Below, one piece after another: positions 18,040 through 28,156 of a DNA stretch of 64,000 bases. The stretch spans positions 5,923 to 69,922 of the forward strand of contig JAGGTK010000033.1 of assembly GCA_021163765.1 (NCBI GenBank). The letters are read 5' to 3'. This DNA is from a bacterium. GTDB lineage: Bacteria; 4484-113. The notes beneath the pieces were generated by a model. It was not told the DNA's origin. It saw only the letters and a program-made list of their open reading frames with translations, and made no database searches. The translations under genes were made by a program, and so were the position numbers. Within the stretch, counting starts at the first letter, position 1. Each line of letters starts with the position of its first letter.

Positions 18040-19830
18040 TCAGATCTCGTACTCGGTTTCGTGGCGCTTGAGCGCTTCGGGGTAGGCGTGCACTATGTCG
18101 CTTCGCGTCACAATGCCGATTATCTTGCGCGGATTGTCCCGGCTGACAACGGGGAAGCGACCGAGTTTTAGCGTGTCAAACATTTTGAGCACTTCCCACA
18201 CTGACATATCCGGGTACACGGACTTCACGTGCGTGCACATTATCTCCTTGAGCTTGACCTCGTGACCGCGCTTCGTGTCGGTGATGATGTGGCGGCCGAA
18301 ATCGCCCTCGGTGATGATGCCGACCAGAAGCCCCTCGCGGTCAACCACCGGGAAGCCGTTGTGGTGGCTGCTGAAAACAGCGTGGTACGCTTTGTCGTAC
18401 GGCGTGTCCTCGCTGATGCTGTCGACGACTTTGTTCATTATCTCGCCTACCTGGATCTCCTCCAGGACGTTTACCTCGTGCGCAAATCGGTAATGCACCC
18501 CGCGCTTTATCAGCTTCCGCGTGTAGATAGTTGTTTTCCTGAAATGATTGTAGATTACTGTGGCAATCACCACGCCGAACATAACGGGCACGATCAGGTT
18601 GTAATCGCGCGTCATCTCAAAGATAAGCATAATGGAGGTAAACGGCGCCTGTGCGGCCGCGCCGAACACCGCAGCCATGCCGACAAGCCCGTAAGCGCCC
18701 GGATGGGCTATTGAAGTCCCCAGGTATCGTTGAGCTATGGTGCCGAATCCTGTTCCAAGCATGGCGCCCATGAATAAGCTCGGTGACATAATGCCGCCGC
18801 TGGCACCGGATCCAAGCGTGAACGAGGTCGCCAGCATCTTCAGCACGATAAGCATGAGCAGAAGCCATACCGCGTAATCGTTGGTGAGCACTTGGTTGAT
18901 GTAATCGTAGCCAACTCCCATTACCTGAGGTGTCCAGATGGCGATGATGCCGACCAGCAGTCCGCCGAGTGCCGGTTTGAGGATCGGTGGAATGCGAATC
19001 CCGTGCTCGAAGAGGTCGTCCGTTTTGTAAAGCAGATAGGTGAAAGCAAGCGCCACCCCGGCGGCCAGAACGCCCAGAGCCAGGAAAAGCCCGAATTCGG
19101 TGGGATTGACCACGCCGTATGCCGGTATGGCGAAGGAGGGCGAACTGCCGAGGAAATACCATCCTACAACGCTTCCCGCAACAGCAGAGAGAATGACAGA
19201 GGCGAAACTGCGCACCGCGAAATCGCCGATGATAATCTCGATGGCGAAAATACTGCCGGCAACCGGGGCGTTAAAAACCACAGCGATTGCGGCGGCACAG
19301 CCGCAGGCGATTATCCGGCGGGTGCGCCCTGGCGTCAGATTGAAGATCCTTGAAAAAGTTGAGCCGATGCCTCCGCCTATCAGCACGATCGGCCCCTCCC
19401 GACCCGCGCTGCCACCTGAAGTGAGCGTTATCGCGCTTGCCAGCAGCTTCATTAATGCCGCACGCGGCCGGAGCCTCCCTTTCTTGGTGCGGATTGCCAG
19501 CATTAATTCGGGGACACCGTGCCCCTTGGTTTCTGGGGCGAAGTAAGTTGTTATGGGCGCGACAAGCAATCCACCGAGAGTAGGTATCAGGACGATAGCG
19601 GTAACGCCAAGGAAAGGAATCGTTGCAGGATGCAGGACGTCAAAGAAGAAGTGCTGCGTAAGACGCATTACGTGGATAAACAGGACCGCTCCCAGTGCGG
19701 ATGTCACCCCGACAGTAATCGCGAGGATATTTATCGTTAAATTGCTTTCTTGCCACGGGCGGGTTTTGGAGTGCCGGCTAGCGCTTTCCGGATCGTCACG
19801 CTCTGAACTGGCTTCTGACGGGGCACTCAT
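18040..19830 (-). CDS. ClC chloride channel/antiporter with C-terminal CBS pair
   Basis: GHGVPE, GGSAGREGP, FNAPVAG, GGIMSPSLFMG, IYT; CBS motifs HHNGFPVV and LGRFPVV. Confidence 0.9.
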   Translation of the reverse strand: MSAPSEASSERDDPESASRHSKTRPWQESNLTINILAITVGVTSALGAVLFIHVMRLTQHFFFDVLHPATIPFLGVTAIVLIPTLGGLLVAPITTYFAPETKGHGVPELMLAIRTKKGRLRPRAALMKLLASAITLTSGGSAGREGPIVLIGGGIGSTFSRIFNLTPGRTRRIIACGCAAAIAVVFNAPVAGSIFAIEIIIGDFAVRSFASVILSAVAGSVVGWYFLGSSPSFAIPAYGVVNPTEFGLFLALGVLAAGVALAFTYLLYKTDDLFEHGIRIPPILKPALGGLLVGIIAIWTPQVMGVGYDYINQVLTNDYAVWLLLMLIVLKMLATSFTLGSGASGGIMSPSLFMGAMLGTGFGTIAQRYLGTSIAHPGAYGLVGMAAVFGAAAQAPFTSIMLIFEMTRDYNLIVPVMFGVVIATVIYNHFRKTTIYTRKLIKRGVHYRFAHEVNVLEEIQVGEIMNKVVDSISEDTPYDKAYHAVFSSHHNGFPVVDREGLLVGIITEGDFGRHIITDTKRGHEVKLKEIMCTHVKSVYPDMSVWEVLKMFDTLKLGRFPVVSRDNPRKIIGIVTRSDIVHAYPEALKRHETEYEI

Positions 19831-19901
19831 TCCAGCTCAAATCGCTCCACGATACAGGTTACATATCCACATGTCGGTGCATCAGTGAACCCGCGCATGT
19901 C

Positions 19902-20738
19902 TCAGGAACGCTCCTTGGATTTCACGAAGCCGTCAAGGGCTTTCATTTCCTGAAGCAGATGCGCCATCTCACCCAGCGGTATCATATTCGGGCCGTCGCT
20001 GAGGGCTTCTTCCGGGTGCGGGTGCACTTCCCAGAATACTGCGGCGATACCCTGCGCCAGCGCGCTGCGCGTGAGAGGGACAACGAACTCCCGCTGGCCG
20101 GCGCTCCTGTCTCCGCCGCCGCCCGGTAGCTGCACCGAGTGCGTCGCGTCAAAGCATACGGGCACGTCAAACGATTTTAGCTGCGAGAAACCGCGCATGT
20201 CCACGACCAGGTTGTTGTAGCCAAACGTGGTGCCGCGCTCGGTGATGATGAGCTGCTTGCCTCCGCTTTCGGCGAACTTCGTGATGATGTTGCCGACTTC
20301 GGGGGGCGAGATGAACTGCCCTTTCTTAATATTCGCCGGCCGGCCAGTTTGCGCCACGGCAGTAACGAGATCCGTCTGGCGGCAGAGGAATGCCGGCACC
20401 TGCAGGATGTCAACGACCTTCGCCGCCCGGCGCGCCTCCTCCGGTGAATGAACGTCGGTCAGCACCGGCACCTTGTACCGCTCGCGCACATCTGCCAGCG
20501 CTTCGAGCCCGGCCTCTAGGCCGAAGCCCCGATAGCTGTGGATGGAGCTCCGGTTGGCTTTGTCATAGCTGGCTTTGAATATGTACGGAACGCCCAGTTC
20601 GCGCGTAAGTTCCGACAGCCTTTCCGCAACTTCAAGATAGCTGCGGTTGTCTTCCAGCACACACGGCCCGGCAATGAGGGTGAAGGGGCGGTCGTTGCTG
20701 ACCGTAACGCCGAACTCCGGGAGGACAACTTCGCGCAC
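19902..20738 (-). CDS. kdsA: 3-deoxy-8-phosphooctulonate (KDO8P) synthase
   Basis: IAGPCVLE, KASYDKANRSS, PAFLCRQTDL, KKGQF, ERGTTFGYNNLVVD, FDATHSVQLPG, EVHPHPEEALSDGPN. Confidence 0.95.
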   Translation of the reverse strand: MREVVLPEFGVTVSNDRPFTLIAGPCVLEDNRSYLEVAERLSELTRELGVPYIFKASYDKANRSSIHSYRGFGLEAGLEALADVRERYKVPVLTDVHSPEEARRAAKVVDILQVPAFLCRQTDLVTAVAQTGRPANIKKGQFISPPEVGNIITKFAESGGKQLIITERGTTFGYNNLVVDMRGFSQLKSFDVPVCFDATHSVQLPGGGGDRSAGQREFVVPLTRSALAQGIAAVFWEVHPHPEEALSDGPNMIPLGEMAHLLQEMKALDGFVKSKERS

Positions 20739-20739
20739 G

Positions 20740-21288
20740 CTAACCTCCCTGCTCCCCCATCGGTGGCGGTGAACTTGCGGCGTTTATGAAGTTCAGTTTG
20801 AGGTCCTTCACCGCCCGCACGAGTTCCTCCCTGTCGCGCGCAGGAAGCTTGTCTTTGATTTTATCCACAAGCATCTCGAACACGTCAACCGACAGCTTAG
20901 CTCGCTCAAGCTCTTTGGTTACCAGGCCTGTGGACGGGTTCGCCACCAGCCCCATATAGACGTACGCGAACTGGAGCACAACGCCGAGGTTGTACTGGAT
21001 GAAGCCTTCTATGCCGATATCGAAAACCGTCTGCACCGTTTTCTCGGCAGTCTGTTCCCCGGCAGATTCCGCAGCCTTCCCTGGCCCCTCTTCTGCTGGC
21101 CCCTCTTCTGCTGGAGGCTCTTCAGGCGGTTCTTCCGGCTTGTCAGCTTCAGGCGGAGGCTCAACGGGTGCCGCCTCAGGTTCCGCGGCGGGCGGCTCAT
21201 CGTCAGCCTCGTATGAGACCCGCTTGTCCTCGATGATTATTTTGGGACGCTTCTTGGGCTCTTGGTCCCCGAACTCGTTCTTGTTCAT
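20740..21288 (-). CDS. DUF1844-like protein with acidic Pro-rich N-terminus
   Basis: C-terminal AYVYMGLVANPSTG...ELERAKLSVDVFEML...LKLNFI matches my recollection of DUF1844. Confidence 0.7.
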   Translation of the reverse strand: MNKNEFGDQEPKKRPKIIIEDKRVSYEADDEPPAAEPEAAPVEPPPEADKPEEPPEEPPAEEGPAEEGPGKAAESAGEQTAEKTVQTVFDIGIEGFIQYNLGVVLQFAYVYMGLVANPSTGLVTKELERAKLSVDVFEMLVDKIKDKLPARDREELVRAVKDLKLNFINAASSPPPMGEQGG

Positions 21289-21347
21289 AGCGCTTCTATT
21301 CTATCAGAAACAGTGCGCTGTTTAGCCGGGTGATTAGCACATTTTGG

Positions 21348-22388
21348 TCAAACGATAGTTACGAGATGCTCACTGCGTTCGGTGATTTGGCCGATGACGG
21401 CGGGCTGCTCGCCCTTCTCGCCCATGATTGCCATCAGCTCGCCAAGCTCATCATTCGGGCACGCGATTAAGAGGCCGCCCGAAGTCTGGGCATCGCAAAG
21501 CAGCATTTTCTGCGCGAAGTCCGCCGCCCCGAAATCGGTGAACGCGCCGGCGAACTCGTAGTTCATTGCAGTTCCGCCCGGCACGAAGCCTGTGGCCAGT
21601 TCCATTGCTCCCTGCATCAGCGGCACCGAGGCCAGTTCGATGCGGGCTCCAACCTGTGAGCCTTCAAGGATGTGCAGCAGGTGTCCCAGCATACCGAAGC
21701 CGGTCACGTCCGTTGCCGCAGTCCGCGAGAGCGTCAGCATTGCCTCGCTTGCAGACCGGTTAAGGTGTGACATTACAGCGATCGCTGCATCCAGGGCTTT
21801 TGCAGGTGCTTTCTCGCTCATGCCGGCTGTCGTGATGATGCCGCTCCCAAGCGGTTTGGTGAGTACGATGGCGTCGCCGGGCTGCGCAGCATCCGCGCCG
21901 ATTATCTTATCCGGGTGTGCGATTCCCGTGACAGCCAGGCCGAAGGCCGGCTCCGGCAGCTTCAGGGAGTGCCCGCCAACGATAGGCGCGTCGGCTTCCG
22001 CAGCCACTTCGTTCGCGCCCGTCAGCATCTCGCTGGCTGCCCACGCGGGGAAGTCCTTGGCCGGTATAGCCATAATGGCCAGGCACGTCACCGGACGCCC
22101 GCCCATGGCGTAAACGTCCGAGAGGGAGTTCGCGGCGGCAATGCGCCCGTACTGGCGCGGATCGTCCACGACCGCCGTGAAGACATCCACCGTCTGGATG
22201 AGCGCCAGCTCGTCGCTTAATCGAATAATGCCCGCATCATCGCCGCTAGCGATGCTCGTGATGATTTCCGGCTTCGTGAAAAAGCCTACTTCCTTCAGGA
22301 TGGCCTCCAGGTCTGCCTGACCCACTTTGGAGGCTCATCCGGCACAGGACGCGTAGGAGGTCAGCCGGATTTTGCGGGACTCATTCAC
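21348..22388 (-). CDS. selD: Selenide, water dikinase, selenocysteine-containing (in-frame UGA at 22337-22335)
   Basis: The ORF track starts at 22325, but the frame extends 21 codons upstream: MNESRKIRLTSYASCAG-U-ASKVGQADL. Also GDDAG, QTVDVF, AANSLSDVYAMGG, TDVTGFGMLGH, DAQTSGGLL. Confidence 0.93.
22303..22334 (-). promoter_or_regulatory. SECIS-like hairpin of selD
   Basis: Immediately 3' of the UGA: GCCUCC-AAAGUG-GGUC-AGGCA-GACC-U-GGAGGC, i.e. a 6-bp lower stem, 4-bp upper stem and G-containing loop. Confidence 0.75.
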
Positions 22389-22420
22389 AAAACCTAATCA
22401 TACCATAAGAATTGTCGATA

Positions 22421-24490
22421 CTACGCGAACCAGGCGACGAAGATTAAAGCGACAATGCTCATCAGCTTCAGGAGTATATTCAGGCTGGGACCGGCGGTGT
22501 CCTTGAACGGGTCGCCCACGGTGTCGCCGACCACGGCGGCTTTATGCGCGTCGCTGCCCTTACCGCCGTAGTTACCCACCTCTATAAACTTCTTGGCGTT
22601 GTCCCAGGAGCCGCCTGCGTTCGCCATGAAAAGCGCCAGCATCACACCGGAGCCAAGCGCTCCGGCCAGCATCCCGCCGACAGCTTCGGCCCCCGCAGGA
22701 GCATCAGTGCCTGGATAAAGCCAGAGCTTTAATAGCTTGAATACCAGTCCGACAGTGATTGGAGCAAGCACCGCTAGAAGCCCCGGCGCGACCATCCGGT
22801 GCAAAGCTCCACGGGTAGCGATATCCACGCAGCGGGCATGGTTGCCCTGGGCTTTGCCTTCAAGCAATCCGGGGATCTCCCGGAACTGGCGGCGCACTTC
22901 GTCAATCATGTCCTGTGCTGCCAGGCCCACAGCCCGGATGGACAGCGAGCAGAATAAAAACGGCAGCGCGGCGCCCACAAACACGCCGATGATGACCACC
23001 GGCTGCGCGAGGTCAAGTACGGTGATGTTGGCTTTGGCGGTGAACGCGGCGAAGAAGGCAAGCGCCGTCAGAGCGGCTGAGCCGATGGCGAATCCCTTGC
23101 CCATGGCGGCGGTTGTGTTACCCACGGAATCCAGCTTGTCCGTCACTTCCCGCACCGACGGCGGCAGCTCGCTCATCTCCGCGATGCCCCCGGCGTTATC
23201 CGCGATCGGCCCGTAGGCGTCAACAGCGAGTGTTACGCCGAGAGTGGACAGCATCCCCACTGCGGACATGGCGATGCCGAAGAGTCCCTTTGCCATATCG
23301 GTAAAGCCCCCGGTGACAGCGAAGGCGATGAAGATGGCAACGCAAATCGTAAGCATTGCAGGCACCGCCGAGAACATTCCCAGGCTTAACCCTGACAGGA
23401 TATTTGTTGCAGCGCCTGTCTTGGAAGACTGCGACACCTGGCGCGTTGGCGTGTACTGGTAGCTCGTGTAGTACTCGGTGAGCAGGCCGATGAGTGTGCC
23501 CGCGATTAAGCCGGCGACAATAGCGGAGAACACGCCTATGGGAATCGCCTCGAGCGCCAGCGTGGCCCACAGGGCTCCCAGTATCATCAGTATGGCGGCG
23601 ACGAATGTTCCGTTGCGAAGGGCTGCGTGAGGGTGGTTGGCGGTGAAGGCCAGCGTGTAGATAATGCCGGCAACGGAGGCGATAATGCCGATACCGGCTA
23701 TTACCAGCGGAAATATCGCCACGTCTGCGATGTGGTACGCAATGAAGCCCAGCAGCATCGCGCTGATTATGGAGCCCACGTAGCTTTCAAAGAGGTCAGC
23801 CCCCATCCCTGCGACATCACCCACATTGTCCCCTACATTGTCGGCAATGACAGCCGGGTTTCTGGGGTCGTCCTCCGGCATGCCTGCTTCAACCTTGCCG
23901 ACGAGGTCCGCGCCTACGTCGGCCGCTTTGGTGTAGATGCCGCCGCCCACGCGGGCGAAAAGGGCGATTGACGAGGCTCCAAGAGAAAATCCCAGTATAT
24001 CGCCGCCCAGCACGTCATTGAAATAGGCGGCGTTGCCTCCTTTCGTGAAGATAAGGAAGAGCACTGCGATTCCGAGGAGGCCCAGGCCCACAACCATCAG
24101 TCCGGTTACAGCCCCCGCGGAAAACGCTATCCTCAGCGCTGGTGCGATGCCCTGCGTTGCGGCCTGCGCCGTTCTCACATTGCTCTTTGTCGCGGTGCGC
24201 ATTCCCAGGTATCCGGCCGTGCCGGAGCACAGAGCGCCCACGATAAACGCAATGGCTGTGCGAATGGACAAATTGGGCGCTATAACGATAACCAGGAAGA
24301 TGACAATCGCAAAGACCAGCAGATACGAGTACTCGCGGCGCATAAAGGTGATGGCGCCTTCCTGTATGGCAAGGCTGATGCGGCGCATGTTTTCGCTCCC
24401 GTAGGGGGCGTTCATGTTTCGCAATGCCAGGATGCCTGCCGTGAGGAGGGCTATTAGTGCTACGATTATCGCGACATAGACTAAAATCAT
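22421..24490 (-). CDS. hppA: Membrane-integral pyrophosphatase, K+-dependent type, probably Na+-translocating
   Basis: [67 protein letters not shown]; GGAG RBS before ATG 24490. Confidence 0.95.
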   Translation of the reverse strand: MILVYVAIIVALIALLTAGILALRNMNAPYGSENMRRISLAIQEGAITFMRREYSYLLVFAIVIFLVIVIAPNLSIRTAIAFIVGALCSGTAGYLGMRTATKSNVRTAQAATQGIAPALRIAFSAGAVTGLMVVGLGLLGIAVLFLIFTKGGNAAYFNDVLGGDILGFSLGASSIALFARVGGGIYTKAADVGADLVGKVEAGMPEDDPRNPAVIADNVGDNVGDVAGMGADLFESYVGSIISAMLLGFIAYHIADVAIFPLVIAGIGIIASVAGIIYTLAFTANHPHAALRNGTFVAAILMILGALWATLALEAIPIGVFSAIVAGLIAGTLIGLLTEYYTSYQYTPTRQVSQSSKTGAATNILSGLSLGMFSAVPAMLTICVAIFIAFAVTGGFTDMAKGLFGIAMSAVGMLSTLGVTLAVDAYGPIADNAGGIAEMSELPPSVREVTDKLDSVGNTTAAMGKGFAIGSAALTALAFFAAFTAKANITVLDLAQPVVIIGVFVGAALPFLFCSLSIRAVGLAAQDMIDEVRRQFREIPGLLEGKAQGNHARCVDIATRGALHRMVAPGLLAVLAPITVGLVFKLLKLWLYPGTDAPAGAEAVGGMLAGALGSGVMLALFMANAGGSWDNAKKFIEVGNYGGKGSDAHKAAVVGDTVGDPFKDTAGPSLNILLKLMSIVALIFVAWFA

Positions 24491-24598
24491 GGGTACATCT
24501 CCGACCGCAGTTGAAGCCACATTTTAGGTAGGTATGCAGGCGGAGTCAATGGACGGTATGAACTCGGGAGCGCCTATGCCGTCTGATATACTACGCCC

Positions 24599-24988
24599 GT
24601 GCTTGGAAAGCTGCGCCAGGTGGTTGTGCCCGTCATTTTGCTTTTGGGAGCGCTGGGCGCGGTGCACTACACCGTGTTCTGGATGGCTTCCTGGCAGTTC
24701 GCGCCGGCTATGTACTGGCTGACGGTACTCCTCTGCGGGCTGGTGCTTTTCGTTTTGCTCGCGTGCTGGTATTACTTCGGGCGCAGCCGCGCACCCGTAC
24801 TCGCTGCAGCAACTGCGGTGATTTTCGTTGACGCGCTGGGCATCCTGTCAGCGGGGGGGATGGACTTGAGCCGCGTATCCTTCGCCAGAGGATTCGACCT
24901 CGAAATTGCGGCTATCACGCTGCCTTTAGGGGCGTATGTGGCGGCGCACTTCGTGAGCCGGCTGGCCCGAGGAAGGGACCAGGCGTAG
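24599..24988 (+). CDS. Hypothetical membrane protein (about 4 TM)
   Basis: Strongly hydrophobic 129-aa ORF; its 3' end overlaps the convergent gene by 63 bp. Confidence 0.55.
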   Translation: MLGKLRQVVVPVILLLGALGAVHYTVFWMASWQFAPAMYWLTVLLCGLVLFVLLACWYYFGRSRAPVLAAATAVIFVDALGILSAGGMDLSRVSFARGFDLEIAAITLPLGAYVAAHFVSRLARGRDQA

Positions 24989-25708
24989 CAGGGGTTGGAC
25001 CACGTGCTCGTTAACTTCCGCCAGCTCCGGGCGTGAGGTCAATAGCTCAATCGCCGCCTTTGTGCTCACGATGCCACCTTCGGTATGCAGCTCGCTATAG
25101 ATGGATTCTAATAGCGCCAGGTCTTCTTCGGTGCCGAGAGTCAGCCTGAATTCCGGATGGGCCATGCCTGGCGGAGGGTCGAGGAGCACGATGTTGAAGG
25201 GCGCCGGATTCTCCACCAGGTAGTAGGTAACGTGCTTCCGCATTAGCGGGGTGCGAGCCAGGAAGTCCAGCTTGTCCAGCGTTTTTTGCGTGAAGGTCTC
25301 GGTTGAGACGCCCAGGGGCAGATCCTTGGTGTAAACGTAGTCCGTCTCCGGATTCTCCACAATGTACCGGATCTGCTCGTCCATCACTCCGGCATCTATA
25401 AGCGGGTTATCCGCGGCGGCCCGCACAATAATGTCCGCCCGGGTTTCGTGCGCGGCGATAATGAAGCGCGTTAGAACGTTGGATTCCGGGCCGCGCGTGA
25501 GATGGACATCGCGTCCGGCGAGAGTCTGCGCGAGTTCGTCGTCGCTTTCGCTTTCGGGGATAGCAACGCAGATCTCATCTAGCTCCCGGGAAGTCTCAAG
25601 TCGGTCAAGGATATGATGGATAACAGGCCTACCGGCCAGATCGGCCAGCACTCTCCGTGGCAAACGCGAGGAATTAAGCCGCGCTTGCAGGATGACGACT
25701 TTCTTCAT
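24926..25708 (-). CDS. SpsF/PseF-like acylneuraminate cytidylyltransferase-family protein
   Basis: ILQARLNSSRLPRRVL, RGPESNVLTRF, ADNPLID, PLGVSTETF, HVTYY, RLTLGTEEDL. Confidence 0.85.
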   Translation of the reverse strand: MKKVVILQARLNSSRLPRRVLADLAGRPVIHHILDRLETSRELDEICVAIPESESDDELAQTLAGRDVHLTRGPESNVLTRFIIAAHETRADIIVRAAADNPLIDAGVMDEQIRYIVENPETDYVYTKDLPLGVSTETFTQKTLDKLDFLARTPLMRKHVTYYLVENPAPFNIVLLDPPPGMAHPEFRLTLGTEEDLALLESIYSELHTEGGIVSTKAAIELLTSRPELAEVNEHVVQPLLRLVPSSGQPAHEVRRHIRP

Positions 25709-25865
25709 CCAGCAACTCCTGTGGGATAAAAAAATAGGCCCGGCCCGATCTCGTTATCGCAAGCCTTAAGCCTTCGTTGATGAAAACCATAGGAAGCGGA
25801 TTCAGTATAGCCGAATGCGGGCGGAATAGCAAGGCTGTCAGGTCGCTGTTTCTGGCTGGGTTATA

Positions 25866-26570
25866 ATGCCCCAGATGCTGGTCAAGTCGCGCCGCTACCT
25901 GCCTTCAAAGGGCTGTTACGAGCTTCGGCTGGAGGACGGCTCCCGCCTTTGGGCGTCGATGGAGCTGGATGACCGGCTCTCAGATGCGCTGAACCGGGAC
26001 GAACTCGCAAGGCTGCATGCGGAATCGGAGTATCTCCACGCGCGGGATTACGCTCTGCGTGCCATTGGGCGCCGCGAGCACTTCGCGAAGGAAATATGGC
26101 AGCGTCTTGAGAAGCGCCAGGCGAGCACGGCCGTAATTGGCAGGATACTGAGGGAGCTCACGGACGGAGGGCTGCTGGACGATGAGCGCGTGGCGAGGGC
26201 TTTCACGGAAGAGAAGCTGGCCCGGGGCCTGGTAGGGCCGTTCAGGATAATCTCAGACCTGGTGAAGCGCGGGCTGGGTAAGGACCAGGCGCGCCGGATA
26301 GTCGCGGAGGTTATGCCGTCCAACTACGAGGAGGATACCCTGAACCGTTTCGCCGGGCGGCAGGCGGCAGCTTACCGGCGGAAAATCGCTGGTGAGCTGG
26401 AGCGAACGCTCGGCGATAGCGAGCGCACAAAGAAGCTTGGTGGCAGGCCCGGCGTTATCCGGCATCTGCGCCTGAAATACCTGTCGAAGATACGCTCGAA
26501 GCTGGTTGGCGCGGGCTTCACCGGCGAACTGGCTTCGCGGACCGCACAGCGCATCGTCTTTAAAGAGTGA
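25866..26570 (+). CDS. recX: Regulatory protein RecX
   Basis: ALRAIGRREHFAKEIWQRL, GLLDDERVA, GPFRIISDLVKRGL. Confidence 0.8.
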   Translation: MPQMLVKSRRYLPSKGCYELRLEDGSRLWASMELDDRLSDALNRDELARLHAESEYLHARDYALRAIGRREHFAKEIWQRLEKRQASTAVIGRILRELTDGGLLDDERVARAFTEEKLARGLVGPFRIISDLVKRGLGKDQARRIVAEVMPSNYEEDTLNRFAGRQAAAYRRKIAGELERTLGDSERTKKLGGRPGVIRHLRLKYLSKIRSKLVGAGFTGELASRTAQRIVFKE

Positions 26571-26579
26571 AACGGAGCG

Positions 26580-28079
26580 TTACTGCTTCCTGAGCTGCGG
26601 GAAGAGTATCACTTCACGGATGCTTTGCTCCCCCAGCAGCGCCATCAGCAGCCTTTCAACGCCCATGCCGAGTCCGCCCGTGGGCGGCATCCCGTACTCC
26701 AGCGCGTGCAGAAAATCCTCGTCCAGCTCGCGGTAGCCTTCGGCGGCCCGGGCTATCTGCTCTTCCATCCGTACGCGCTGCTCCACCGGGTCGTTGAGCT
26801 CCGAGAAGGCGTTTGCCAGCTCGACTGCATTGGCGAACAGCTCAAACCGGTAAGCCAGATGCGGCCTGTCGGGTATCCGCTTTGCCAGGGGCGAAACAGC
26901 CACGGGGTAATCCAGGACAAACGTCGGCTGGATAAGGTGCGGCTCGACCCGGTCCGACCAGATTCGGTCGAGGATTTTCTCGTATCCCGCGTCCTTCTCA
27001 AACTCAACATCGAGCTTCTTCGCCTGCGCAACCGCTGCCTTGCGGTCGGGCAGGTCCAGGACTGAAACGCCTGCGTGTTCCTGCATCAGGTCGTCGAACT
27101 GCGCCCGCGCGAACGGCGGCTCAAAGGACAGTGGCTCTTTGCCTCCCTCTATCCTGCGCGTGCCCAGGCAGGAATCGCATATGTGGACGACGAGATCCTC
27201 CGTGAGCCGCATAATGTCGCTGTAGTCCACATAAGCCCAGTAAAGCTCAAGCATCGTGAACTCTGGGTTGTGCTGCGTGTCCACTCCCTCGTTGCGGAAG
27301 ATGCGCCCGATCTCGTAGACCTTCTCAAAACCGCCCACGATCAGGCGCTTCAGGCGAAGCTCAATTGCGATGCGAAGGTAATAATCGTCATCCAGCGCTT
27401 CCCACCGGGTGATAAACGGCTCGGCGGTGGCCCCGCCGCACACCGGTTCCAGCACCGGCGTCTCAAACTCCATGAAGCCCCGCTCGTCTTCCAGGAACCG
27501 CCGCATCTGGGCAACTATCATGCTTCGCAGCCTGAACCGCTTGCGCGCTTCGGGGGTAACGATTAGATCCACGTAGCGCTGCCGGTATTTCAGCTCGATA
27601 TCCGTCAGGCCGTGCCACTTCTCCGGCAGCGGCTCAAGCGACTTGACGAGAAGCGTGCAGGTTGCGGCCTTCACCGACTGCTGGCCCGTCCGGGTTTTGA
27701 ACACCTCGCCCTCAACGCCCAGGATGTCGCCGATGTCCACCGCTATCAACCGCTCAAACGGCTTGTCGCCAAGCGTGTCCACATTCGCATACACCTGGAT
27801 CCTTCCGTCCTGGTCGGCAAGGTCGAGGAATATCGCTTTGCCATGCCCGCGCTTGGCCATAACCCTTCCGGCGATGCGCGCCTGCTTGCCAAAGAGGTCG
27901 TCGAACTTCGAGAGAAGCTCGGCGATGGTGTGTGTCCGGTCGTAGCGCACTTCGCGGTACGGGTCTCGCTCCGCCTCTTTGAGCTGCCGCAGCTTCCAGC
28001 GGCGCATCCCGCTCTGGTCGTCGGGGGAGGGCTGCTCAACAGGCAGGTTGTCTTCTTCAAATGGCGTAAGTTTGGTCAT
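26580..28079 (-). CDS. lysS: Lysine--tRNA ligase (class II)
   Basis: IAGRVMAKRGHGK, YRQRYVDLI, LRIAIELRLKRLIVGG, FRNEGVDTQHNPEFT, YGMPPTGGLGMGVERL. Confidence 0.96.
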   Translation of the reverse strand: MTKLTPFEEDNLPVEQPSPDDQSGMRRWKLRQLKEAERDPYREVRYDRTHTIAELLSKFDDLFGKQARIAGRVMAKRGHGKAIFLDLADQDGRIQVYANVDTLGDKPFERLIAVDIGDILGVEGEVFKTRTGQQSVKAATCTLLVKSLEPLPEKWHGLTDIELKYRQRYVDLIVTPEARKRFRLRSMIVAQMRRFLEDERGFMEFETPVLEPVCGGATAEPFITRWEALDDDYYLRIAIELRLKRLIVGGFEKVYEIGRIFRNEGVDTQHNPEFTMLELYWAYVDYSDIMRLTEDLVVHICDSCLGTRRIEGGKEPLSFEPPFARAQFDDLMQEHAGVSVLDLPDRKAAVAQAKKLDVEFEKDAGYEKILDRIWSDRVEPHLIQPTFVLDYPVAVSPLAKRIPDRPHLAYRFELFANAVELANAFSELNDPVEQRVRMEEQIARAAEGYRELDEDFLHALEYGMPPTGGLGMGVERLLMALLGEQSIREVILFPQLRKQ

Positions 28080-28156
28080 CGGGTGACTCCCACGCACGGC
28101 AAAGCCTGATTATACCGTGAAGCGGGACGCGGTGAACGGTAACGGCGCGAACGAGC

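Noticed and set aside
25709-25865. Possible tRNA or ncRNA in intergenic gaps (also 13421-13658 and 60858-61052)
   Set aside because: No cloverleaf, T-loop GTTC motif with acceptor stem, or recognisable riboswitch core; no selC found in the window
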